From the NCBI RefSeq assembly GCF_006345805.1, contig NC_043008.1:42408001-42472000 (forward strand): 64,000 bases of DNA, in the 5' to 3' direction. Origin of the DNA: Octopus sinensis. Its lineage: Eukaryota. How positions within the stretch are numbered: position 1 is the stretch's first letter; every line of letters starts with the position of its first letter. Shown one piece after another: positions 26,757 through 38,551 of this stretch. The notes below the pieces were generated by a model. That model saw only the letters and a program-made list of their open reading frames with translations, was not told where the DNA came from and searched no databases. The translations under genes were made by a program, and so were the position numbers.

Positions 26757-27720
26757 CTAAAAAGTTTAGAACAAAAATCTGTCATTATTTTATATTCGTA
26801 TTTATTGTTTTGCTTTTACTAACTTTTGAATGAAGATCAATTAGGCGCCAGACTGTTGTTCAAAACTTAACGTCTCTAACACTAATTAATTCATCTGTAA
26901 TTAAATAAGATATGAAACACCAATAAACAGTCATTAATTCTGAAATTTCAGCAAAATTAAAAAGTTCAGCCAACAAATCAACCGTTTTTATAAAGTCTCG
27001 TTGCAGTTTTTGTTTCCACAAAGTTAAACCTGCACGCGTATTTTAAAATAGCTCAGCTCATATCTGAAACATAAAACAAACACGACCAAATGCCATGTAA
27101 GTACAAATGGTATTTTTAAGTCATGCTTTCTCGTATCATTATTTTATGACTCGGTAAAGGCGGCGAGCTGGCGGAATCGATTGCACGCCAGACGAAATAC
27201 TGCGCGATATTCCGATTGTCTTTGCGTTGTGAGTTCAAAATTCGCCGAGGACGACATTGCGTTCTGAGGTTGATGAAATGAATACTAGATGGGAACTACA
27301 ACACATGTAATTGACTACCCGCACCCCACCAGAGAAGAAAAGGTTCTTTGATATCCAGGGCAGATGATATTCTATCTGTGTGTGTGTGTGTGGAGACGTG
27401 GCTGTTTGTTTAAGAAATTTGCTTCAGAATCTTGTGGTCTTGAGTTCAATACAACTGCTCGGCAGCTTGAGCAGATGCCTTATTCTTGATGGAAAATAGC
27501 CAAAGAGAAGTTGCTTCGGAATCATGATACCACCCATACGTGAGAGATGACATGCTCATCTAAGCAGCACATATACACTACCTTCAGGTCGTAAGTCAAA
27601 TATCCTCGCCCATAAGCCAACCGCCTTCCCTTCACAAAGAACAAGACCATATAATTGAAATGGAAGCCTGAGTATACATGAAACAAATATATATAAATAT
27701 TGGAAGATGGCATACACACA

Positions 27721-27752
<32 letters not shown>

Positions 27753-27881
27753 TACACACACACATACACATATATATATGTGTGTATATACTCACACATG
27801 CACATACATAAATAAATAGATGTATACATAAATATATATGTGTATATATATATATATATATGCATACATAAATACACACAC

Positions 27882-27930
<49 letters not shown>

Positions 27931-28359
27931 GATATATAGATACGTAGATATATAGATTCATGATGATGATGACAGCTTTGACGACGACGGTCAACACGTT
28001 GATGATCACTATAAAGATGATGATGATGGTGATGAAGGAAAAGGATGGTGATGATGCTGATGATGATGATGATCACGTTGAAGATGACGACGACATCCAT
28101 TATAATGATGTTGATGATGAATATGACGAGCGGGAGGAATAGTGTGAGTAGAAACAAACTACTGTGGAGATAGTGTTGATGATGCACATTGTGATGATAA
28201 TGATGATGCTGTTGGGGAGGAGGAGGGGAATCGGTGGAGTGCAAAGATGATTTGTTTGTTAAAGTTGTTCACATGGCTGGTGGGGCTTTTTCTGGTTAAT
28301 TAGAACTGTCAGATGGGAAAGAAGATCAAATCAGATAACAAAACAATAAGAACAACAAT

Positions 28360-28387
28360 AGTAATAATGATGATGATGATGATGATG

Positions 28388-28426
<39 letters not shown>

Positions 28427-28428
28427 GC

Positions 28429-28501
<73 letters not shown>

Positions 28502-28561
28502 GCAATAATAATAATAATAATAATGATAATAATAATAATAATAATGATGGTGATGGTGATG

Positions 28562-28600
<39 letters not shown>

Positions 28601-28651
28601 GTAATAATAATGATGGTGTTTATGATGATAATGAAAATAATAATAATAATG

Positions 28652-28688
<37 letters not shown>

Positions 28689-28756
28689 TGATGATGATGA
28701 TAATAATAATAATAATAACGATAATAATAATAATAATAATAACGATAATAATAATG

Positions 28757-28820
<64 letters not shown>

Positions 28821-28825
28821 TAATA
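28360..28825. repeat. (AAT)n/(GAT)n microsatellite
   Basis: Seen directly in the sequence. Confidence 0.98.
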
Positions 28826-28859
28826 GAGTTTGCCTAATGAATTCAAGCTAAACGTGCAA

Positions 28860-29260
28860 TAGAGTTAATTACAACAAATAAATCAAATAGATACAATTAG
28901 TTAAAACTAAATACTTTACATCACGACGATATGTTAACATTGTTTTGTTGAAAAAGTAGAGCTGCAGGTGTGGAAAGAAAGAAATTAAAATTGGAAAGTT
29001 TAAAACCAAACCTGTTTGGAAACAAAATGTATCGACGGGTGATTTAATCGGCTTAGCAGGGATAGAGATACAATGTGGGAGACCCTTGAATAAGGGCAAT
29101 AATCTGAAAGGGGTAGAGAAGAAATATTTATTCAACAGGTGAAAGAATAAACCTGGAGAATGCAGAGATTTGAAGAATAAGAAAATAAACAAAATGAAGA
29201 TATTCGAACTGAATTAAGATGTTTTCAAGAATGTAAGAGAAACATTTTTAGAAGAATTTC
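28860..29260 (+). mobile_element. Possible R4/Dong-type LINE N-terminal relic
   Basis: PVWKQ...GDL..L and NKMKIFELN*DVFK weakly resemble the P.WK.RL...DL..L and QN.LF..N.K.FY blocks. Heavily decayed. Confidence 0.3.
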
Positions 29261-29379
29261 AATGATACAACTTTACGCGTCGAGAGAATCCCCAGGGTTA
29301 AGTAAATGTTGTAACATTTTGAAGTGAAATATAACAAGTGGAAGAAACCGATGAAGAATATCTTGGGAACTGCCTCTCC

Positions 29380-29665
29380 GTCGCTTACGACAACGCGTAT
29401 TCCAGTTATGCTAATCAATGGAACATCCTGCTCGTGAAATTAACATGCATGTGACTGAGCACTCCACAGACACGAGTACCCTTAACATAGATCTCAGGAA
29501 GATTCAGCGTGACACAGAGTTTGACAAAATCACTCCTTCGAAATAAAGGTACAGCTCATTTTTTCCAGCTCAGTCAACAGGGCAATGCGAAATAAAGTAT
29601 CTTAGCCAAGGATACAAGGCGCCGCCGAGAATCGAACTCACGACTTTACGATCGTAAGCCAAATA
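29380..29665 (-). mobile_element. tRNA-derived CORE-like SINE
   Basis: B-box GAGTTCGATTCTC followed by TCCTTGGCTAAGATACTTTATTTCGC...GTTGACTGAGCTGG. Related to 770-985, and its tail also occurs at ~56810-56910. Confidence 0.65.
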
Positions 29666-30766
29666 TCGTAAGTAAATAGGTGTAGGAGTGGCTGTGTGGT
29701 AAGTAGCTTGCTTACCTCACTGCGCATGTGCGAGTCAGAGTTGTGTTTGACACTGAAGCTGTAAAGACGTCGTCCACTTCTCCTTTCATACTTTCGGGGT
29801 CGATAAATTAAGTACCAATTGCGTACTGGCGTTGATCTAATCGACTGGCCCCCTCCCACAAAATTTCGGGCCTTGTGCCTAGAGTAGAAAAGAATATACA
29901 AATTAGTCTTTCTCATTTACCTGAGTCATTAATATCAATCCGTTTGATAGGAGAATTTTTGTGGATAGAGAAGCATGGTGCGCAGCTGCTTACGAAACCC
30001 CAAGAAAAATTTTTCCGTATATGAAAGTATTGTATATAAAAACAAAGTTTACACTGGTCATACCATGTAGTGTTAGCTAAAAAATTCTAGAGAATAGTTC
30101 TACGGCACCTTGTGGTAACGAAAGGAGACACAGTTAGCAGAATTAAAATTTAATTTCCAATACGAAATATAACGTACGAAAAATAATGTCGCCAACAAAC
30201 AAGGCTAAAATAATCGAAATATCGTAGAGCAGAACAAGGAAACATTAACACATTAGTGAATTAGAGGGCAATACCCAGGAGACGGGGAATTAGCTGCATG
30301 ATCAACACTTGCGCACCAAAAACCGAAAGACGTAGTGCAGCATAACACCTTAGGAACACAGCGGTGCACCAGGTGGCGCAATAAAGAAAATAAAACACGA
30401 AAGAGACTTCCGAGGAGACTCGCAATAAAGCTAAATAGAATTAAACAAATCTAAATTAATCTTCATAATAACAGTAATTATATTAATAATAGCGGTGAAT
30501 AATAATTAAGAATAATTAATACTGCGACTACCGTTATCCTTGCTAATTTATATTGTAACAAGTTTAATAACAGAGTAAAACTTGCATGTAACTGCTGCAA
30601 AGTCACGCCACACAACTTTGATAATGTCAAAACAATGTATTTTTGATGGTAATACTAGTAATTAGTAAAATTAATAATAATGAGACGAAGAAAGAGAAAA
30701 TATTTTTTCAAGAATTACTATTACAAGTAATATGTTACCAATAGCTGTTGTTGTCGTTATTATTAA

Positions 30767-30815
<49 letters not shown>

Positions 30816-30877
30816 GTTATTGTTATTATTGTTGTTGTTGTTGTTGTTGCTGCTGCTGTTGCTGTTGTTATTATTAA

Positions 30878-31145
30878 CCCGGCGTGCTAGCAGAATCGTT
30901 AGCGCGATGGACGAAATATCGCCCGTAGCTACGTTCTGAGTGCAAATTCCACCTAGGTCGACTCTTTGCCCTTCACCCTTTGGAAGTCGATAAGTTAAGT
31001 ACCAGCGAAACACTGGGGTCAATATAATCAACTAGATCCCTCCCCTCAAATTCCAGGACTTATGCCTGTAGTAGAAAGGATTATTATTATTATTATTATC
31101 ATTATTATTTTTATTATTATTATCATCATATCATCATCATCATCA

Positions 31146-31198
<53 letters not shown>

Positions 31199-31215
31199 TT
31201 ATTATTATTATTATG
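30878..31215 (+). mobile_element. SINE family B with (ATT)n tail
   Basis: GCTAGCAGAATCGTTAGC...GAGTGCAAATTCC...GTAGTAGAAAGG followed by (ATT)n. Confidence 0.8.
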
Positions 31216-31632
31216 AAACTCCAAAGAGGCTAATTTACAATTTATTTCTCTCAAACACCGAGTTTTAAAAAAATTGCATGAAATTTTCCAGTAATGAACG
31301 GTTATCTAGGTAACTGCTTATAGTGTACTCCAGCTGAGGCGTTCATTGTAGCCAGCCTTTCTTCAATTCAATCGGTACCAATTCAATGTTTCTGAAGCAA
31401 GTTCACAATGCTCTCTTCGTGACTGGAATTCTTCAGATAATTCGCTTGCTAAATACATAGAAGGCGACACCAATATGGTACTGATTTTTAGTTACCATAT
31501 ATGGCCGTACCTTTTACACATAAGTTCAATTTACTTTGATAAGTTAATAAAATATTTTATGAAATCTTTGTAAAACGTATTAATATATCTATCTATCTAT
31601 CTATCTATCTTTCTATCTACCTATCTATCCAT

Positions 31633-31705
<73 letters not shown>

Positions 31706-31783
31706 ATAAATATTAGGGAATATATCCAAATTTACAGGGAAAAAATCAGATTTAGGATTAAATCCAATTTTATAGTAAAATAT

Positions 31784-34305
31784 TATAAAATATTATTTGA
31801 GACAAAACCACTATTTTGCAAAACAAACAAGGAAAGACTTAATCAATACATAAAATTTAATAAATAGTCAAAAAAACCGCCACTACAATCGTTTCTTGTC
31901 TTGATCGACAATCTTCAGGACTTCCAATGAAAATCTAAAAAACAAAATTTTAAAATATAAAAATAATACTTTTAATAATTAAAGTATAAATGAAAAAATA
32001 TAAGTATATAATCCATATATAACCTATATATAATCCATATCGAAAATATAGACTAATTACCACGAATTCCCTAAAAAAACCATGATAAAACAAAACTCTT
32101 AAAAACATATAACGATAAAATCTCCTTTGCTAAACTCTATAACAAACCTATAAAGTAAACCCCCTAACCTAAACATTCACACACAAATACACACACGTAA
32201 ACCAAAACTCACGACTTATACACATACCTATACTAACTTATAAACCTCAATATACACCAAAACCCACTCCCTCCCCACACAGACAAATTAACACATACAT
32301 CCCAAAACCTAAATAACAAACCCATATACACATTCACACACAACACACACACACTCACACGCAAAACACTCACACACAAAAAATACATATACTCCCTCAC
32401 ATATACGCCTATACATACTCACTAACTCGACATATACAACAATACTTACACACCCACAAAAAACATTATATACATTTATGAGCTTAACTCACCTTAGCAT
32501 CTCTAACAAACAACTTACAGTAACCCATCCCATTCTCTATGCCTACCTCTACTACACTATTCCATTCACATTCCAAGCAACGCTAGTCCACCACCCGGTT
32601 ATTCACGTGGCAAAACGAACACCACTCAAAAATATGAATGAAATAATGTAAAAAAATAACCATCTAAAATATACAAAATACCACGAATTACCTAAAAAAA
32701 ACCATGATAAACCAAAACTCATAAAAGCATATAACGATAAAATCTCCCTTTGCTAAACCCTATAACAAACTTATATAGCAATCCCCCTAACCTAAACATT
32801 CACACACAAAAAACCCACACGTAAACCACAGACCCAAGACTTATACACAAACCTATACTAACTTATAAACCTCAATATACACCAAAAACCACTCCCTCCC
32901 CACACAGACAAATTAACACATACATCCCAAATCCTAAATAACAAACCCATACACATTCACACACAAACACACACACACGCAAAACACACACACACAACAG
33001 ATACATATGCTCCCTCACATATACGCATATACATACTCACTAAAACTCGATATACAACAATATTTACACCCACACTCATACAGATAAATAAATTAATTAT
33101 ACAATTAAAAACTCACAACCAATCTCATATACATAAACACTCTTATGAAAACAACAATAAATACATCGTAATTAACCAGAATATCAAAAATAACATTATG
33201 ACATAAGGATAAATCAATACATACTTACAATTCAGTTACAAATTATGAAGTGAATTAGATTTTTAGCCGTTAAAAAACCAAACAAATTACGTTACCATGG
33301 AAATAACTAATGTAAAAAAAGAATACGCGCCATAGAAAGTAAACGTCATTCATAGTATGAATGGAGAAAATATAATAAATGGAACTAAAAACTATTTCCA
33401 CGTAGCAAACCAACGCTACTTAAAAAAAATTTATTATGAATGGATTCTTTAAAAACTATCATGAAAAATCAATTATATACATTATGAGCTTTAGCTCACC
33501 CTAGCAACTCTAACAAACAACTTACAGTAACCCATACTCAATGCCTACCTCATTACCACCCTAATCCATTCACAATTCCAAAAACACTAGTCCTCCACCC
33601 GGTTACAATTCCCAACTCTACCCATTCATTCACAATTTCAACGACATTCACTTCAACAACTCTACATATAAGCCTAAACATATACACCGGAGATACACTT
33701 ACACATCCGTGCGGATGGGTGAGAGTATACATTAAGTGTAGTGATGGGGTTCCCATTTCTAAACACATTTGTACCTGTGTGGTAGTCTCCATGTGTATAT
33801 TCACGCACGGGTATAAATACAGGGGGTACACGCTCACTTCATTTACGTGTACCCCTCACATGTACATATGCATACTATATTGGCTCGATATATGCAACAA
33901 TGTAATCACGCCCGTATGTGTGAGCATTCACTGGTTGTGCAATTCACCCATCTGGGTGTGATTGTGTGTAAACTTATCACTGTGGAGGTCGAGCTTGATA
34001 CGTATATATTAGTGTGTATTAGGGTTGTACGTACTAATTATGTTCATGTGCTTCACGCACTTGCGTCCATGTATGGAAGAATATATTGGGATTACTATGT
34101 AGGTGTAAATAGGGTATGGGGGAGTTTTGTCATAGTATGGGTGTGGGTTTCATTTGTGATGGTGGTTAGTTGGTGATTATTAGTATGTTCAGTATATTAG
34201 GGCTAGTATGTATTATTCAAGTGTATAATTGTATACATATAATTGGTGTGAATGGGATTACTCCCTTTTTTTTTTTTTTTTATTTATTTTTTTTATTTTT
34301 TTATT
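31784..34305. repeat. Left inverted arm
   Basis: For example TATAAAATATTATTTGAGACAAAACCACTA at 31784 pairs with TAGTGGTTTTGTCTCAAATAATATTTTATA ending at 38199. GGGATTACTCCC-polyT at ~34254 pairs with polyA-GGGAGTAATCCC at ~35709. Confidence 0.95.
31880..31922 (-). ncRNA. Hammerhead ribozyme motif, stem I disrupted (left-arm copy)
   Basis: Same core and stems II/III as 38063-38105, but 3 nt of the 5' stem I strand are missing (GTCCTGAAGA instead of GTCCACCTGAAGA). Confidence 0.5.
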
Positions 34306-34974
34306 TTTAGGGGATGTATGTGTTTATTTATCCATGTGGGGCTGGAGTGGCCGTTAGGTGCATATGCTGAGGCTCACATGCAAACCCAAGTACAACGAAT
34401 GAAGTGGGCACTTATAATTGTTATGGGTGTGTACTTTATTATAAAAGACAATACCCAAATAAAATCTGTCAATTCAACATACAAATAAAAAACAAAAAAC
34501 AAAGGGATCTTAAACATTCACACATACATACAAAACTCAATAAAAACACCACTAAATAACACCCAAAACATATAAATATATCCTCAAAATACATATAACA
34601 AATGCAAAATAAAAATACAAATAAAATAAAATAAATAAAATAAAATAAAAAATAAAAATCTAATATAAATTATTAAAGTTTTAACGTACCATAAACTGCT
34701 AAATTAATATACATTAAAAATGAACTAATTAAAACAAAGAAATATCAATAAAGACTAACTATAATTAAATCCTAGACAACATAACCAAAATATATATCAT
34801 CTAAACTAATTTAAACTAAACTAAAATAACCTAAAAGGGGACTATTATTGCTATTTATCATGAAACTTATTATATAAGGTAAGTAACTTGTGTCTACATT
34901 TTATTTTGCGCTCCTCCCCAGGTTAAGTAAATTATCATACTTATAAAATAAAATTTCTTTAAACTCATTAGAGC

Positions 34975-35205
34975 ATAAATAACAACAATTAGCTCCTATA
35001 TTATATGATTTAGTTTTACAAACTGAACCTTATGTACCTTTGCACCCCAGAATTACTCTTAAAGACCATAAAGATAATTTTTATTCAGACCCTAAAGTTA
35101 GATTAATTTGCCCATGTAAATCGGACCTAGGTAAATTAAGTAAATTTATTTTAGATAAATATATTGATAAGTTAAATAAACTTAATTATTTAAAATTATG
35201 GTTTA
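34975..35205 (+). pseudogene. PLE reverse transcriptase fragment (inverted segment)
   Basis: QQLAPILYDLVLQTEPYVPLHPRITLKDHKDNFYSDPKVRLICPCKSDLGKLSKFILDKYI..LW matches the ITLKDHK.NF..NP..RLI.P.KS..G..SK.ILD block of invertebrate PLE RTs. Confidence 0.8.
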
Positions 35206-35214
35206 GTAATAATA

Positions 35215-35619
35215 ATACATTGTATAAGTTCCTTGTTTTATCAGATTGTACTATAATACTATCCATATTTCTCATATCTTTAATTTTAATTGCTAAATTC
35301 CTTAAATATTCATTATTTCTATTTGGGTATTTATGGAATTCAATATTTTACCACCTTCCATATACTATCTTCAAGTAATTGTAATTCTTTATTAAATGGA
35401 GGTTCCTTTCTAGATTTAAATTTAGAGGTATAATTATCATTCCTACTATCAATATCATTAATAAATAAAAATTATAGTAAAAAGCTTTCCATTTAATTCT
35501 AGAAATAAAATCTTTAACATTATTAACAAGTTTCAAGATAAATTCCTTTCTAGAAGAATAGGAATATCTTTCAAAGATGAATCCCAAAACAGCGGTTCTA
35601 TCTTACCTGTAAAATCCAT
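35215..35619 (-). pseudogene. PLE ORF N-terminus with about three frameshifts
   Basis: Joined by hand: MDFTGKIEPLFWDSSLKDIPI/SRKEFILKLVNNVKDFISRIKWKAFYYNF/NDIDSRNDNYTSKFKSRKEPPFNKELQLLEDSIWKVVK/IEFHKYPNRNNEYLRNLAIKIKDMRNMDSIIVQSDKTRNLYNV. It carries the K.IP, RI.WKAF, FKS...PP and DKT.N.Y blocks of PLE N-termini. Confidence 0.8.
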
Positions 35620-35664
35620 AATTTGCGAATTGAGGTATTACTCTCAATATACAAAATTATCAAT

Positions 35665-38199
35665 AATAAAAAAAAAAAAAATAAAAAAAAAAATAAAAAA
35701 AAAAAAAAGGGAGTAATCCCATCCACACCAATTATATGTATACAATTATACACACTTGAATAATACATACTAGCCCTAATATACTGAACATACTAATAAT
35801 CACCAACTAACCACCATCACAAATGAAACCCACACCCATACTATGACAAAACTCCCCCATACCCTATTTACACCTACATAGTAATCCCAATATATTCTTC
35901 CATACATGGACGCAAGTGCGTGAAGCACATGAACATAATTAGTACGTACAACCCCTAATACACACTAATATATACGTATCAAGCTCGACCTCCACAGTGA
36001 TAAGTTTACACACAATCACACCCAGATGGGTGAATTGCACAACCATGAATGCTCACACATACGGGCGTGATTACATTGTTGCATATATCGAGCCAATATA
36101 GTATGCATATGTACATGTGAGGGGTACACGTAATGAAGTGAGCGTGTACCCCTGTATTTATTAACCCGTGCTGAATATACACATGGAGACTACCACACAG
36201 GTCAAATGTGTTTAGAAATGGGAACCCCATCACTACACTTAATGTATACTCTCACCCATCCGCACGGATGTGTAAGTGTATCTCCGGTGTATATTTTAGG
36301 CTTATATGTAGAGTTGTTGAAGTGAATGTCGTTGAAATTGTGAATGAATGGGTAGAGTTGGGAATTGTAACCGGGTGAGGACTAGTGTTGTTTTGGAATT
36401 GTGAATGGATTAGGGTGGTAATGAGGTAGGCATTGAGTATGGGTTACTGTAAGTTGTTTGTTAGAGTTGCTAGGGTGAGCTAAAGCTCATAATGTATATA
36501 ATTGATTTTTCATGATAGTTTTTAAAGAATCCATTCATAATAAATTTTTTTTAAGTAGCGTTGGTTTGCTACGTGGAAATAGTTTTTAGTTCCATTTATT
36601 ATATTTCTCCATTCATACTATGAATGACGTTTACTTTCTATGGCGCGTATTCTTTTTTTACATTAGTTATTTCCATGGTAACGTAATTTTGTTTGGTTTT
36701 TTAACGGCTAAAAATCTAATTTCACTTCATAATTTGTAACTGAATTGTAAGTATGTATTTGATTTATCCTTATGTCATAATGTTATTTTTGATATTCTGG
36801 TTAATTACGATGTATTTATTGTTGTTTTCATAAGAGTGTTTATGTATATGAGATTGGTTGTGAGTTTTTAATTGTATAATTAATTTATTTATCTGTATGA
36901 GTGTGGGTGTAAATATTGTTGTATATATCGAGTTTTAGTGAGTATGTATATGCGTATATGGTGAGGGAGCATATGTATCTGTTGTGTTGTGTGTTTTTGC
37001 GTGTGTGTGTGTTTTGTGTGTGAATGTGTATTTGGGTTTGTTATTTAGGATTTGGGATGTATGTGTTAATTTGTCTGTGTGGGGAGGGAGTGGTTTTTGG
37101 TGTATATTGAGGTTTATAAGTTAGTATAGGTTTGTGTATAAGTCTTGGGTCTGTGGTTTACGTGTGGGTTTTTTGTGTGTGAATGTTTAGGTTAGGGGGA
37201 TTGCTATATAAGTTTGTTATAGGGTTTAGCAAAGGGAGATTTTATCGTTATATGCTTTTATGAGTTTTGGTTTATCATGGTTTTTTTTAGGTAATTCGTG
37301 GTATTTTGTATATTTTAGATGGTTATTTTTTTACATTATTTCATTCATATTTTTGAGTGGTGTTCGTTTTGCCACGTGAATAACCGGGTGGTGGACTAGC
37401 GTTGCTTGGAATGTGAATGGAATAGTGTAGTAGTGAGGTAGGCATAGAGAATGGGATTGGGTTACTGTAAGTTGTTTGTTAGAGATGCTAAGGTGAGTTA
37501 AAGCTCATAAATGTATATAATGTTTTTTGTGGGTGTGTAAGTATTGTTGTATATGTCGAGTTTAGTGAGTATGTATAGGCGTATATGTGAGGGAGTATAT
37601 GTATTTTTTGTGTGTGAGTGTTTTGCGTGTGAGTGTGTGTTTTGTGTGTGAATGTGTATATGGGTTTGTTATTTAGGTTTTGGGATGTATGTGTTAATTT
37701 GTCTGTGTGGGGAGGGAGTGGGTTTTGGTGTATATTGAGTTTATAAGTTAGTATAGGTATGTGTATAAGTCGTGAGTTTGTGGTTTACGTGTGTGTATTT
37801 GTGTGTGAATGTTTAGGTTAGGGGGTTTACTTTATAGGTTTGTTATAGAGTTTAGCAAAGGGAGATTTTATCGTTATATGTTTTTAAGAGTTTTGTTTTA
37901 TCATGGTTTTTTTAGGGAATTCGTGGTAATTAGTCTATATTTTCGATATGGATTATATATAGGTTATATATGGATTATATACTTATATTTTTTCATTTAT
38001 ACTTTAATTATTTAAAAGTATTATTTTTATATTTTAAAATTTTGATTTTTTAGATTGGAAGTCCACCTGAAGATTGTCGATCAAGACAAGAAACGATTGT
38101 AGTGGCGGTTTTTTTGACTATTTATTAAATTTTATGTATTGATTAAGTCTTCCTTGTTTGTTTTGCAAATAGTGGTTTTGTCTCAAATAATATTTTATA
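35665..38199. repeat. Right inverted arm
   Basis: Reverse complement of 31784-34305. Confidence 0.95.
38063..38105 (+). ncRNA. Minimal type I hammerhead ribozyme, intact core
   Basis: CCAC-CUGAAGA-UUGUC[GAUCAA]GACAA-GAAA-CGAUUG-UA-GUGG. Stem I has 4 bp, stem II has 5 bp, stem III is self-complementary (ACGAUUGU), and the GUA cleavage site falls after 38101. Confidence 0.8.
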
Positions 38200-38347
38200 T
38201 ATATATAGTATATATATATATATATATATATAATGTGAAATAGAAAGATGAAAATCTTGTTGCAGATTAATCAAAAGTTTATTCGGTTCGATTTGTTTTG
38301 CTCCGCCTCTGTTCTGTTTTTGTTTTTTCCAACGGATTTCCTATTTC

Positions 38348-38427
38348 TTCCTGAAGAGAAAGACACAATATGGTCTCCTTATTCAATCGGAATTTGGTAA
38401 ATTGTGGCTTTCGAAACACGTGTAGAA
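38348..38427 (+). ncRNA. Type I hammerhead ribozyme candidate with long stem II
   Basis: UUC-CUGAAGA-GAAAGACACAAU...AUUGUGGCUUUC-GAAA-CACGUG-UA-GAA. Stem II pairs 11 of 12 bp, stem III is the palindrome ACACGUGU, the site is GUA, and stem I has only 3 bp. Confidence 0.6.
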
Positions 38428-38502
38428 TGCAATAAAACGATTTCTGTTCAATCTTCGTTCAACTCCCATTTCTTCAATTCACTAATAATTATATATATAT
38501 AT

Positions 38503-38551
<49 letters not shown>

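Larger units (their letters stand above)
31703..38199. mobile_element. Penelope-like-element-derived foldback structure with ~2.5 kb inverted arms
   Basis: 31784-34305 is the reverse complement of 35665-38199 apart from scattered small indels and few substitutions. The spacer encodes PLE RT-protein fragments, hammerhead motifs lie near both outer ends, and (TA)n flanks both sides. Confidence 0.8.

Noticed and set aside
31930-33700. Mitochondrial insertion or telomeric array, suggested by the strong C/A skew
   Set aside because: No mitochondrial gene or tRNA is recognisable and only isolated TTAGGG words occur. The sequence is part of the PLE arms.
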